DNA from: Phyllosticta citribraziliensis
Taxonomy: Eukaryota
Direction: 5' to 3'
Length of the DNA stretch: 64,000 bases
NCBI RefSeq assembly: GCF_038025025.1
Contig: NW_027117344.1
Location: 248,001 to 312,000, forward strand
Below are positions 38,300 to 50,036 of this stretch, one piece after another. Below the pieces are notes generated by a model. The model did no database searches, was not told where the DNA came from, and worked only from the letters and a program-made list of their open reading frames with translations. Position numbers and translations under genes: made by a program. The stretch's first letter is position 1, and each line of letters opens with the position of its first letter.

Positions 38300-39729
38300 A
38301 TGTCGGATGCCCCCAAGCCAGACACCGCCTCTGCCTCGAGCGCAGCAGAGGGTGCTGCCAAAAATGCCGCCCAGAATGCTGCCAAGGCTTCTGAAGGCAA
38401 CCCCGTCTTCCGCATGATGGGTGCGTCACCGGTTTTATTTATTCAACTCGACGTGAGCTGCAATGCTAATGCGCCGCTTCAGGACTGCCAAATTTCAAGT
38501 TCAAACTGCCGTCTCGCAATTGGATGATCTTCCTGACCATCACTGGCACCTGGACCGCAGCCCTCGTATACGACCGCCAACAAAAGAAGCGCGTTCAGCA
38601 GAAATGGTGCGATGCCGTAGCCCACCTCGCCCGCGAACCGCTGCCCACAGACACCATGCCGCGACGGATGACCATCTACTTGAGCGCGCCGCCCGGCGAT
38701 GGGCTCATGTCTGCCCGCGAGCACTTTCACGAGTACGTCAAGCCCATTCTGGTGGCCGCGGCCATGGACTGGGACGCGGTCGAGGGCCGTAGGGAGGGCG
38801 ACGTGCGCGCGGGTCTAGCTGAGCGCGTGAGGCGCTGGCGGAAGCTCCGCGGCGAGGCGACATCGGAGCCGCTGCCGGAGGACGTGGAGAGTATTACGCA
38901 ACACGCGCGGGATCGGGTCGGCATCAAAGAGTGGGACGGCGTAGGAGGCAGCGTGGTCATCGGGCGGAACACATGGAAAGAGTACATCCGTGGCCTCCAC
39001 GAGGGATGGCTGGGGCCGTTGGACAAAGCACCAGAACCGGAACCCGTCCAGGAGGGTCCCTTGGCCACAACCCCATCAGACGACGCATCGCCGAGCGCGG
39101 CGCCCGTTGCCACTGACGACCAACAAAAGCCTCCCGCCGAAGGAGAGCAGGAGCAGAAGAAGGAAGAGGAAGAAAAGGAAAAGCCCAAGAAGAAGACGCA
39201 ACCTCCCCCGTTTATCCCCACCTCGGCCTACCCCTCGGCCATGCTCGCCCCCTCGACCCCTTCCGAGCTACCCCCTGCAACCGCTGTCGCCTTTCCTCAC
39301 ATTCTCGGCTTTCTCAACACCCCGATCCGCATGTACCGCTTCCTAACGCGGCGCCACCTCGCCGACCAAATCGGCGCTCAGGTCGCCGCCGCTGTGCTGG
39401 CCACATACAAGCCCTTCGACGGGCCCCCTGAGGGCAGCAGCGCCAGCATAGGCGCAGTGGCCGACGACGAAGAACATGCGGCCGGCTGGGAACAGGCGCG
39501 CCTGCTGCGGCACGAGGAGACGGAGTGGCACAAGAGTGTAAGAAAAGACGCCGAGGCCAAGCGCGCACTGGGCCAGGAGAGCGTCTGGTGCGATGAGATG
39601 GTGCTCGACGCGCGGGTCGCGGGCCGCATGAGGAAGTTTGTGCTCAGCGAAGAGGAGAAGGCGAGGGTAGCCCGGATTGCCGAGGGCAAGGAGGGCGTGC
39701 TGGGCGAGTCGAGCGAAAAGGAGTTGTAG
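38300..39729 (+). CDS. TIM54: Mitochondrial inner-membrane TIM22 complex subunit Tim54 (intron 38421-38482)
   Basis: GNPVFRMM|GLPNFKFKLPSRNWMIF...YDRQQKK...PPGDGL..AREHFHEYVKPILVAAAMDWDAVEGRREG...GRNTWKEYIRGLHEGWLGP...FPHILGFLNTPIRMYRFL. Confidence 0.93.
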
Positions 39730-40199
39730 ACATCCGTCGATGAATGTGTATTGTAGATAGATGAGTTGCCTCCGTATGGCGAAGGCGTTATTTTGGATTG
39801 GACGTACTGGGTTGGCTGTAGGATTTGCATCGGATCACCCTGCTCTGACTGTCGTCACAAAATTTAGAGAGTTATGTATGATAGAAACTGCAAATGCATA
39901 GATTCGATGACTCTGGTAAGTCTATGTCATACGCGATGGACTTATGCTGACCTTGCTTTAGCTTTGCGTGAATGAGCTGCCAGGAGGTGACTCCTGATAG
40001 AAAAAGACATCGAAAGCCATGTGAATGCGAAACCGGATCCCAGTTGAGTATTTCAAGCGCATCCGCGCCTTGTCCTGTTTCTACATCATCAAGCCCGCTC
40101 CGGAACAAAACGAGGCGACATATTCTTCCTTGACATCGTACTGGGCGTCCTTCTTTCTCGAAGTTTCCTTTCAACCCCTGGCTCCATGCTCCGTCCCAT

Positions 40200-42300
40200 G
40201 GCTTGTCCCATGCTCTGCATCATCACACTTCATTGACGCTCAGCGCCGTCGGCCCGCGCCAACGCCGATGCACGATCAATATTCCTCCTTGAGCACCGAT
40301 TTTCAAACCAGGCAACCCCAGGAACGACGAACCAACGCAAAAGACAGACAGTATGTTGTGGCCTTGTAGCCATGATTTGGCTGCTAGCTCGTTTGAGCAG
40401 ACGCATCACTGCTATTGACGGACAATCAAAGGCTACTGCGAGCGGAGTTTGAAAACCCTTTCCCTGAGGCCGCAGAGCCCGCCCTGTGACCGAGAGCCTC
40501 ACGTTCACTGGGTCATCTCACTCGAATATCTGTGACACCTCCTCTCAAATCCTTGTTTCAGTATCACTGAATGAAGATCTCTCTATCTTGATTGCGTATC
40601 GTTGGAGGGATTTCATCGCGCGTCCCTCTCCTCTCGGTTTTTGCTTCAAGCGCCGCCCAAATATTCCGGCTTTTCGCTTCATAACCCCATCCCACGCTCT
40701 ACTCCACCATCTTCCAACGACGTCCAGTGCCAACACCTCACGGTTATTCCTTCCTGGAGGCTGTCTGCAAGCCGCCAAGTCCGAGCAGAACAACGCGCCG
40801 CCACACAGACAATCCCATTCCGCCATGAAGGCTTGGTCAAAGCCGAAAGAAGGTGGCGATTCGATGCCGATGGACAGCTGAACCCCGCTGCAACTGCGAA
40901 TTTTATACCCATCCCTGAAGGCTGAGCACAGACACAAGAGCATGGCTCCTGCGCCTTGTCACGTTCTGATGCCTATCTACTGGAGCCGGAGTGCTTCTCC
41001 CACACGGAGGTTTTCTACGAAGATTATTTGCCTACCTCAACCTCGAAAATGCAGCGATAGGACTCCGAGTACCTCCCCAATTCTCAAGGATTGATCACTT
41101 CCCTGCCCATCCGTCCAGTTCTTTCTTCGCTATCCAGGCCTACGCTCTGCTTTACTATCGTATGACGGCGTCCAGGAGCAACGACTGACAAAAATCCCTT
41201 TGCAAACGCGGTCTTTGAAAAACCAAGTCCCAGGACGACGGGCTGCTGTCACCAAAGACAGTTCCAGTTCATGCAATTTTGGTAGAATGTGTCGAAGCTG
41301 GTCCGAGCCTCAACTGATGTAGAAGGGCGCGGGTGCCGGCGATGGACAGTCGAGCTTGAACGCAAGCGAAGCTTTTATACCCTCTCCTGAGGCCGAGAGT
41401 CTGGCTTGTGACGATGGTCCTTGCGCTGCGCGGTCATCTGGCCACATGGCTCCTTTCACGCGGTACGGCACGTATTGAAGAATGACGGATCAAAATCCTT
41501 GACCTCTGCCTTGATCTCTAGCCGGAAATTGCCTTAATTTCTTGGGCACCTTGCGATCCTCTCCTTTTTTCGATCTTCACCTACCATAATCTGCTTCACT
41601 AAACCTCAACGACGTCAAACGCCAATGTTTAATTAAGCCTTCTTTGAGAGCACATTCAGTCGACATGACGGAGTCCATGGACAAGAAAAAAAGCAAAAAG
41701 ATGTCTGAACAGCATCCCATGCCCACAGAAGTATATGCAAGGTTGGTATTGTCACCAGCAGTCGAGACTGTCGACCATTTTGTTCTTGGAAAGAGCCGAG
41801 CTGGGTCGGTGTAGTGAATGGGAAGTTCAAGGCCAGCGAGGCTGGAGTTTTTATACCTGGTATTTTGTTCCCTCGGCCACGCGGTTCGGCACGTGGGAGC
41901 CTTGACACGCACAATGGACGTCTAGCCAACGACGCATTTGTTACGGGGAAGGCGCTTGGAGGGCAAAGTCTCAACCCCCATCGAGAAACGCCTTCAAATT
42001 CTCTTTCGCCACCTGTTCACGCTTCTCATCTTCTCATTCCGCGCTACATCGATCCCCTCCATTGGCTTCTAATGCTGACAGCCATTGAGCTCCGATCAGA
42101 TTACCCCTGAAGCGGAACTTGGCGACACAGTTTTGAAAGTAGGCCATGCAAGCAAAAGACAACGAAGTGTGCTTAGACATCACCATGGCGACAGAAAGTG
42201 CATGTTGCACATGCATGGAGAAGTTGATGGACACTTGCCGTTGATGGACTGTCAAAGGCCACCGAGCCTCCGGATTTATACTTGCGAGCCTGGGCACCAC
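40200..42300. repeat. Highly diverged tandem array of five ~430-480-bp units
   Basis: A GA(T/C)GGAC-like motif at 40417, 40869, 41341, 41817 and 42243 is each followed ~31-32 nt later by TTTTATACC-like sequence. An upstream CC(C/T)ACGCTCT(A/G)CT...GACGTC-like block occurs at 40207, 40691, 41139 and 41585. Confidence 0.7.
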
Positions 42301-44414
42301 TTCACGTGTAACTGCCTGCGCGGCGGTCATGTAGAAGCTTGACTGGATCGGGGGTAGCGGCTCAGGGGCATCTGATTACAACGTACTTACAAGTTTGCGA
42401 ACCAAAAAAAGCAAGCAGCGAGGAAACAAGAAGTTTTTGCCACAGCTACCTCCTTCTAAGACGCCTTTACGCAGTGAAAGCAGTCTCCACCACGTTTACT
42501 AGACGATTCTGACGTTCACTGCATGCTGTGAGCAAGGAAGCACAGGCGCTCAAAAATCCAGAACACAGACAGCCGCCCAAAAGTCAGCATGTACATTTCA
42601 CGCGTTTCTCTCCAACCCGGAAGTGCGACGCCTGGCTGTGACGTCGAAGAGGAGTTCCTGTGGTGGTTGCCCTTGACTGAAAGAGAGTTCCTTAAGAGCC
42701 AGCCTGCTTATATCCGAATCCCAAGGGCGGAGGACGTGCGCAGTCACGCCGTGCAGGCGACGGGAGCGCCACTGCGTAGAACCCTTGACTGGCTGGCTTT
42801 ACACTCAATAAACAGTTCAAATTCTAGTGCTTATATATCGCCGCAAGTTCTTCTGTTTGTTTGATTATTTGCCAAACCATGGCATTAGAGGATGACGCCC
42901 TTCGCCACGTTTTTTATGTGCTATCCTCCATCATGGTCTACAGATGCTTTGCCATTTTTTCCATGGGCTCCGCAAGGCTCAAGATTCAAGCGCCACAGAA
43001 AAGAACAAAAGGACAGTCGAACCATCCGGCGGAGTTGGCCGAAAACCACGGCGGCAGAGTAAATTCAACATGTGTCTGTCCTTCAGACACCGCCGGCAGT
43101 GGTGGTTGTGAATGGAAAGAAAGAAAGACCACAAGAGCGGTCCTTATATCCTTGGCCCCTGAGGTCAAAGATTGCGCTAGGTCACACGGACAAATTAGGA
43201 GAGCCGGCAGATGATATTGGGGTGTCTCGCAAGAGATCAGAAGCGGTTGTTTGGGATTTTTGCTTTTTTCTGAAAATTCAGGGGTCAAAACTTTGAACTG
43301 AATACACGTCCTACAGCAGTGACCTTCCAACAAGGACTTCATCATCATAGTATGAATTTGCTGTACATTAAACTTCGTTCAACTTGTGACATTCTGGGAA
43401 TTTTCAAGGCCCACAGCAACTAATCGCCGGCGGCAAACAGAAAAGCCAAGTAAGTCCATATCTTGGTTACTCCTGCACCACAGTCGTCGACATCAATGGT
43501 GTCTTTGGTGCCGCTGTTGTAGACTGGCATTGTTGCATTGGATACGCAAAAAGCGAGATTTAAATAGTTGAGGCTCAGGGGCTGGGGGGTAGATCGCGGT
43601 CACTTGCCACACGCGGCGCAAAATAGGCATGGGATTGACCATGAAAAAAGCCACAGATAGTTTCGTATTTCACACCATCGCCATGCGAATGACTCCAAAG
43701 AATTACTTCTCAGACTCCAACAACAATCAGGGGTGATACTATTCCATCATCAGCTTCCGATCGCATGATTTACCATCATAATCATACATTGTCGGTCTTT
43801 GAAAGCGGGCTTCTGGAAGCTCGAGCTGGAATATTGCGCCCTCCACAGACCGAAAGAAAGAGACGCTTATATACCCAGGGGTGAGCACAGACAAACGCAC
43901 ATGCAATTGACAGCTGCAAATCGTGACGGCCAGCCAACGCATGGGCTTCATGTCATACCATAGTTTTACTTCTGATTAGGCTCCCGCTGGCACATGAAAG
44001 AGGCTGGTCCTTGTGACCCGCAATCGTTAATTGTCTGTGCGGACCGCAGACCGCAGACACAGGTATTAAAGAGGCACTTCCTGGCAGCTTGAGAACGGCA
44101 ACAGGGCAGTCAACCACAGGCGACGAAGAAACTTGTATGTCGTGCAACTGGTCGCCTCTAAAAAGTGGATACAGCATCAATTACTGTTTGGTTTGTCTCT
44201 TGTCTCCCCTCCCCGGAGCTCCGTTCGACATGTCTTCTCTCTCGCTTTCTCATGTTGCACTATGACACGATGCCAAATCCCACCACACGACAAGAACAAC
44301 AGCACCCACTGTTTGACCACAATGCTGTCTCCCACCACCACATCATCCACCTTTCCCCCTAACCCCTCAAAAGCCCAGGAATCAAGCGATCTCCAGCGCA
44401 ACCAAACCACCAAA

Positions 44415-44478
44415 CAAGTCAACACTCGGCAGACCAATTGAACCACCAAGTCAACACTCGGTGGACCAATTGCACCAT
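44415..44478. repeat. 32-bp imperfect tandem duplication
   Basis: caagtcaacactcggcagaccaattgaaccac / caagtcaacactcggtggaccaattgcaccat. Confidence 0.85.
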
Positions 44479-44601
44479 GGTCTCTCCACTCCCATCCTTT
44501 CGACGCCGCTTGTCCTCCTCCAAAATGGCGGACGCTGGAGCCCTTATGTACTCGAAACCTCCGCCCAGGCAGCAGAGGTCAGGGGCACGCGCCGACTGTG
44601 A

Positions 44602-44793
44602 TGAGTCAACGGCGCACGCGCACGCGCCTGAACGCTCTGCGCGCGTGGCCTCGTGAGCGCGTGAATGCTCCAGGCACGCGCGCGTGCACCTGTGAGTCAA
44701 GCGCCGTGCTGCGTCACAGGCTACAGGGTCTTGACATGTGGCTGCGTCTCTTTGCTTGTGATTGAGCTAGGTCTGCTGGGAGGGGATATAAAA
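44602..44793 (+). promoter_or_regulatory. Putative promoter: two TGAGTCA (Gcn4/CpcA, AP-1-type) sites and a TATAAAA box, with no obvious downstream coding gene
   Basis: TGAGTCA at 44602-44608 and 44693-44699, TGCGTCA near 44710, TATAAAA at 44787-44793. Function inferred only. Confidence 0.3.
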
Positions 44794-45236
44794 GACTGCT
44801 CTTTTCCTGTAGCTCGTCTTCCTGTTCAGCAAGGTGCGAGGCATCGCTAGATGCCGGGGAGGAGGAGAAATCATATTCACAACGAACGAACTATGTGCTC
44901 TGTGGGGAGGCTGGGACATGTACATGTTATACCTCCCGTGGAGGGAAATTCAAGGCCGGAGGATGGTGAATGCATAATGTTGAAGTGTTTCAATGACACG
45001 GAGTGATGATGCCGTGCACCATTTGCAAGCGATGCAACTCTTTATTTCCCCCGGGTGCTTATGTCTGGTAATCAGCTATGATCTAGGGAAAGTTGAGCTC
45101 ATCAGCTACAGTTCGCATATGAACGACGGAAGATCGAACAAGTCTAAGGGCATACTTCCTCGAGCAAAAAAGCAAGTCGACACTCCTTTCAAGAAAGATG
45201 CGAGCCACCCTAGACAAACCGCTCCCTCAAGCAACC

Positions 45237-48200
45237 TCAAAGTGTGCTCTCGGAAAAGCGCGAACTCACAGTCTCCGGCCCACGCGAGCTCATCGTGCCC
45301 GTATATGTCGTCGTCAGCACCTCATCAAGAACACTACGCGCATTCCTGTTATCTCCATGAGAAGCATCATCAAAATCGACCGTAAGAAACGCTCTTGCGA
45401 CATTCTCAGCCTCCTGCAACTCTGCAGCCTCCTCTGCCGGCATGACCGCACAAGCAACGACCAAATCCTCGCCCCTCATCGCAAGCAAAATGAGCTCTTC
45501 TGCTCGGCGCACCACCTCCTTGCTGATGCCGTTATTCTCGGCGCAGGCAGAGCCAAACGACTGCGTGCTGCGGCCTGGACACAAGTTGTAGAGGTATGTG
45601 ATCTGATCTTCAACGGCGGATGCCTGTTCATCGACGCGGACTTGCATGTGCGCGAATTGGAGCTGCGGCGATGCGGCAAGAAAGCCACCCTCGAAGATTT
45701 CGTGAAAGTGCGTCGCGGCGAGGACTTTGGGACAGCCACGCGGTCCGCGGTCGAGCAGGTGAGACAGCACGCCAGCCATGAGACCGGCGCCGTCACTGGA
45801 TTCTGTGCCTTTGCCGAATTCGTCTATGATGAGGAGGCTGCGCAGCGTTGCCAGGGAGAGCGCCACGGAGATTTGCTGCAGGTCGATCATGAAGGCGCTT
45901 TGGATTCGCGACACAGACTCGCGGGTTGCAATTCGAGTGAGAATCTTGTCGGTCAGACCGATTTGCGCATACTCGGCGGGCACGAAGCTTCCAATTTGGG
46001 CCATGTAGACGATGAGTGCGACCTGCTTCATGTACACGCTTTTTCCAGAATAGTTGGGGCCTGTCATGATGAGCATGTTCGGCCCTTGGACTTCATCAAT
46101 TGAGTGTCGGTCATGAGTGTCGAGCTCTGAGACGGAAGCTGACGATTGATGTTCTTCTTGTTCTGATTCTGAAAAGCCGGCGAGGTTTGTATTGTTCGCC
46201 ACGTAAGATGGGACTGTGAGCTCTTGCAACAAGTGTCTTCCTCCTTCAATCTTGAGAACATTTTTCTCCGAAACCCTTGGCTTGGTGAGCTTGTACATAT
46301 GTGCTCCTTTGGCGAGCGCAAGGAGAACGTCCAGCTCAGCGCAAATGTCTGACGCAGTCGTAAGAAGACCTTCATATTCGAGGATTTCCTGGGCAAGCTC
46401 GTGAGTAATTTCAATCTCCTTGTCGCATATCAAGCCGTGTATGTCTCCAAAATGACGGTCCATCTCGTGCATCTTGTCATTTTTGTAATATGCGATTTGT
46501 TCGCCGGTGAACATGGGCTCCCAAGGCTCTTCGGCAGGCCCGTCATAAACACTCGATCCAGTCTCCGGATCAATTGGTACAGTGGTGAGGAAACCAATCT
46601 GGGGAAAGAAGATGACGTTGATGTTGGCTTGCAGCACTGCGGGAACTTCTTCTGCGATTTGACGAGCGACCTGCGACAGAAGATGTTCGATTCCGTCGTA
46701 TGTATTCTTCATGTTGTCGAGTCTTTCATCCACTCCAGGAAGGACCACGGTTCGGTGCTGCTCGGCAGACTGATCAAAATCAATGACTTCGCTGATTTTC
46801 TTCCCGACTTGGGCGAGGTCGAAGCCATCGAACCTGTCGAATATCTTTCTGCAAATTGGAAGCATTTCCGCACCATTCATCTCCTTGAACGCATCCATAA
46901 TCTTCAATGCATGGTATGCAAACAAGCGGATTGTCGTCCAAATTCCGCTTGTGATGCCTGTTTTCTTGCCTGAACCTGCGTTGACGCCTTTGCGAAGGTT
47001 TACCATGACAACCCTCATGTTCCTTACTCTCTTCAGGATATTCGTCAGGTTGTCCATGGCGGTGCCATTATCTGGCCGCAAGAAGACTGAAATAGAAAAG
47101 AGGCGTTGGTTGATGACATTCAAATCCGTACTCGGTCGGAGAAAATACTGTCGCAGCAAGGTTTTGCCCTGTGGAGTGCGAGCCAGGTGGTGGAACAGTC
47201 CATACACAGAAAGACCTTCCTTCGATCCGGAACTAGCCTTGGTGGGACCCTGATTGTGAGAATGTGGGTGAGATTCTGACTGCATAATCTGCAGCGACAG
47301 CAGTGTATTCATGTTCATAAACCTGGCAAATTAGCTGGGCGCTTGAAGATGAGAGGGACTTACATGTGGCCTTCGAGGGTGAACATGACAATATGAGACA
47401 CTCGGAACAAAGCATTGTCTGTTCGGTCTCCTGGGAGGAATGCAGCAGCCCTTCGTCGTTGTAGATAAGTCAAAACGGCTCCGGCGCAGCCAACTGTGAC
47501 TTTGCAGTCCATGTCAACCCACCCCTCGAGCTGCAAGAGGTTTTGTTGGCGAGCGATGTCGGTATCATTTACAAGGTCCGCTGTTTGAACGTCTCCAGGC
47601 ACGGTGAAGGTGACTTGCGGGCCTCTGTCGGAGCCAATGTTGAGATTGACCAGCTTATTCTTCGCTCCGTCATATGCAAACTCGGTCGCTGGACGAATTT
47701 CGAGCATGAATGGAAGAGCGAATTGGTCGTCTAAAGAATCAAGTTGGTGGCTTGCTTTGGAAATAGGAAGAAGACCTACTCGAGCCATCCACCGAGCTGC
47801 CTCTTCTGCGTTCTGGATCAAGCTTGTCAAAGACTGCATCGTCTACCCGAGTAGATACCAGTACAACCGTCGGCTCGATGTAGAGTTTGACTAAAGGATA
47901 AGCTTCTGGTCGCTAAAGAGGAGGACAGCCTTACGCGCATCGACAATGTCAACACCACCAAGCCTCGCATCTTCCATGAAGTAGAGTTTCTCCTCGCGTG
48001 CCACATAGTATGAGCAACCCACGGTACCCTTTTCTCGGAGATCGACCGCCATGACGATTTCGCTGAGTGCGTCGAGCTCAGCGTCATCATCGTTGGCCTC
48101 AGGCTGCTCCGGTGCAGCTCTCGTGGTGTTGGACGTGGTTGATGGAGGGACCTGAGAGGAACGCCATTGCACCGTGCGAATAGCTGGTTGCGGTTGTCTC

Positions 48201-48349
48201 GCGGGTGCTCTGGGTAAAGACGGCGCTGATCCTGTAGAGCTTGGAATTCTGGGTCGTGCTGTGGTTTGAGTTTCGCGACTGGTTCGGCTGCTCGTACTCG
48301 TATCGGGGGGATTGCGCCTCTTGCGCTTGAATCCGCGCTTGGGGGGCAT
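45237..48349 (-). CDS. MSH5: Meiotic MutS homologue MSH5 (three short 5' introns, approx. 47875-47934, 47731-47779, 47324-47362)
   Basis: EIVMAVDLREKGTVGCSYYVAREEKLYFMED; LQIMQSESHPHSHNQGP...GLSVYGLFHHLARTPQGK; P-loop MTGPNYSGKSVYMKQVAL; SAFMIDLQQ; IIDEFGKGT; AATHFHE. Confidence 0.93.
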
Positions 48350-48608
48350 TTTGAGAATTGACGCTGGGGTTTGGGTCAGTGAGGTGGGAGGTTGAAATTT
48401 GTGAGGTGGGTGGGCAGGCGACAGGTCAGCCGGGGCCCTGAACTTATGAGGAAGGAGCGTCGACGACGTCGACCACGATTTGCACTACATTACTACGGCT
48501 GCGGTCAATTCTGTTCTGACCAACCTACTAAGCCTTGCTATTCATCCTGTTCCGATCCCCGTGAACGCCAGTGTCGCCGGTGTCGCCTGAGACGAGAGGA
48601 CCCGGTAA

Positions 48609-49801
48609 CTACTGAGCGGCCTGAGATTTGGTGTTACCCAGGCCATGGGTTTTGCCATATTTCCAAGCCTTTCCATCCATGTCAGGCTGCACGAATAGCC
48701 AGACTAGACTTGTGACCCAGCTGAATACCGTATCAATGAACCAATTATTCCTGGGGCTGCCAGAGAGTGCGCTGGCTCGCATGGCCTTTCCCAAAAAGTT
48801 GGTCGCGATGAAATAGTAGCCTCTCTCCAACTCCTTGACGGCTACAGCAGCCACCTCATCTTCTGTTTGCACAGGATCGCCTTCTTCCAGGACTACTGTG
48901 ACCGGATGCTTGGTCTTGTTTTCCTCCACATGCCCAGGAGTAGAAATGGTGCCAGGGCAGACAAGGTGGATCTTGATTTCAGGAGCAGCGGCGCCACTTA
49001 CGTGGTAGCGCGCTCCATTGTAGAATTGGACTTCCTCATGGAGAGCGTCAGACAGATTTCGCAACGCGGCCTTGGCTGGGCTGTAAGGAGAATATCCCGC
49101 GACACCAACGAGACCAGCGCTGGAAGAAGTCATGATGAAGTGGCGCGCAGGGACAGAGCTCAGTGACTTCTTGTCGACGTCTTTCAAAGCGGGAGAGTTG
49201 ATCCAGGCCTTGAGCGTGGATTGGGCGAGAAACGCTGCGGCAAAGTAGTTGATGTCCATTTGTTGTCGCAATACATCAACAGAGGTGTCAATCAAGAAGG
49301 ATGGTGTAGCCATGCCAGCATTTGCCCAAACAATGTCAGGTGCCTGGCCATGATTCCACTCTGTGACTTCGCAAATGATGCGGTCGTTTTCCTCGGCCTT
49401 GGTGACATCTGCGCTGATGAAATGGAATCTTTGCGTGGATTTCACGGCAGCTCCCTGTGTGGAGAGGTCAGTGGAGTCTTGACGTGAATGACGCGTTGCA
49501 CATACAGAAATGTACTCCAGGGCAGACTCCAGCTTCGCCTTGTTTCGTGCAACAATGACAACATTGGCTCCCTTTTGGGCAAGAAGCTTTCCAAGTCCTC
49601 TTCCCATACCCTGGGAGCCTCCAGTGATGACGACCGTCTGCCAGAAAGGTTAGCAAAAGCCAGAAGCGGGTCTCGTGAGTAGTATACCTTGCCGTCGACC
49701 TGAAAGTAATTCTTCCTGTTGAAGAGACCCATAATGTCTAGAGCAAGGACGACAAAGAAGACTGAGAGAAGCACGGAGGCCCAGAAGAAGCCCACGGCCA
49801 T
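48609..49801 (-). CDS. TSC10: 3-ketodihydrosphingosine reductase (SDR), two introns
   Basis: N-terminal hydrophobic segment, NYFQVDGK|TVVITGGSQGMGRG Rossmann motif, YSPYSPAKAALR catalytic YxxxK, PGTISTPG..EENKTK and C-terminal SPRNNW. Confidence 0.9.
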
Positions 49802-50036
49802 GGTCAGCACGGTAGCTGTTAAGATGCTTCAGACGCGAAGTCTGATGGGGGCGGACGAGTATATGTACGTAAGGGCCTAAGGCAGTGGCGCGTCCAAAGT
49901 TCCGACAGGGGTGCAACCAGTTACGGGTCCGTGCGCCTTACCGCCTTGGATCAACTGGCAGAAATTACTTTCCGACGCGACATTTTGGCCGCGCATTTGC
50001 AACCCACACGCCCTGCACCACCCACCATACTCGGCC

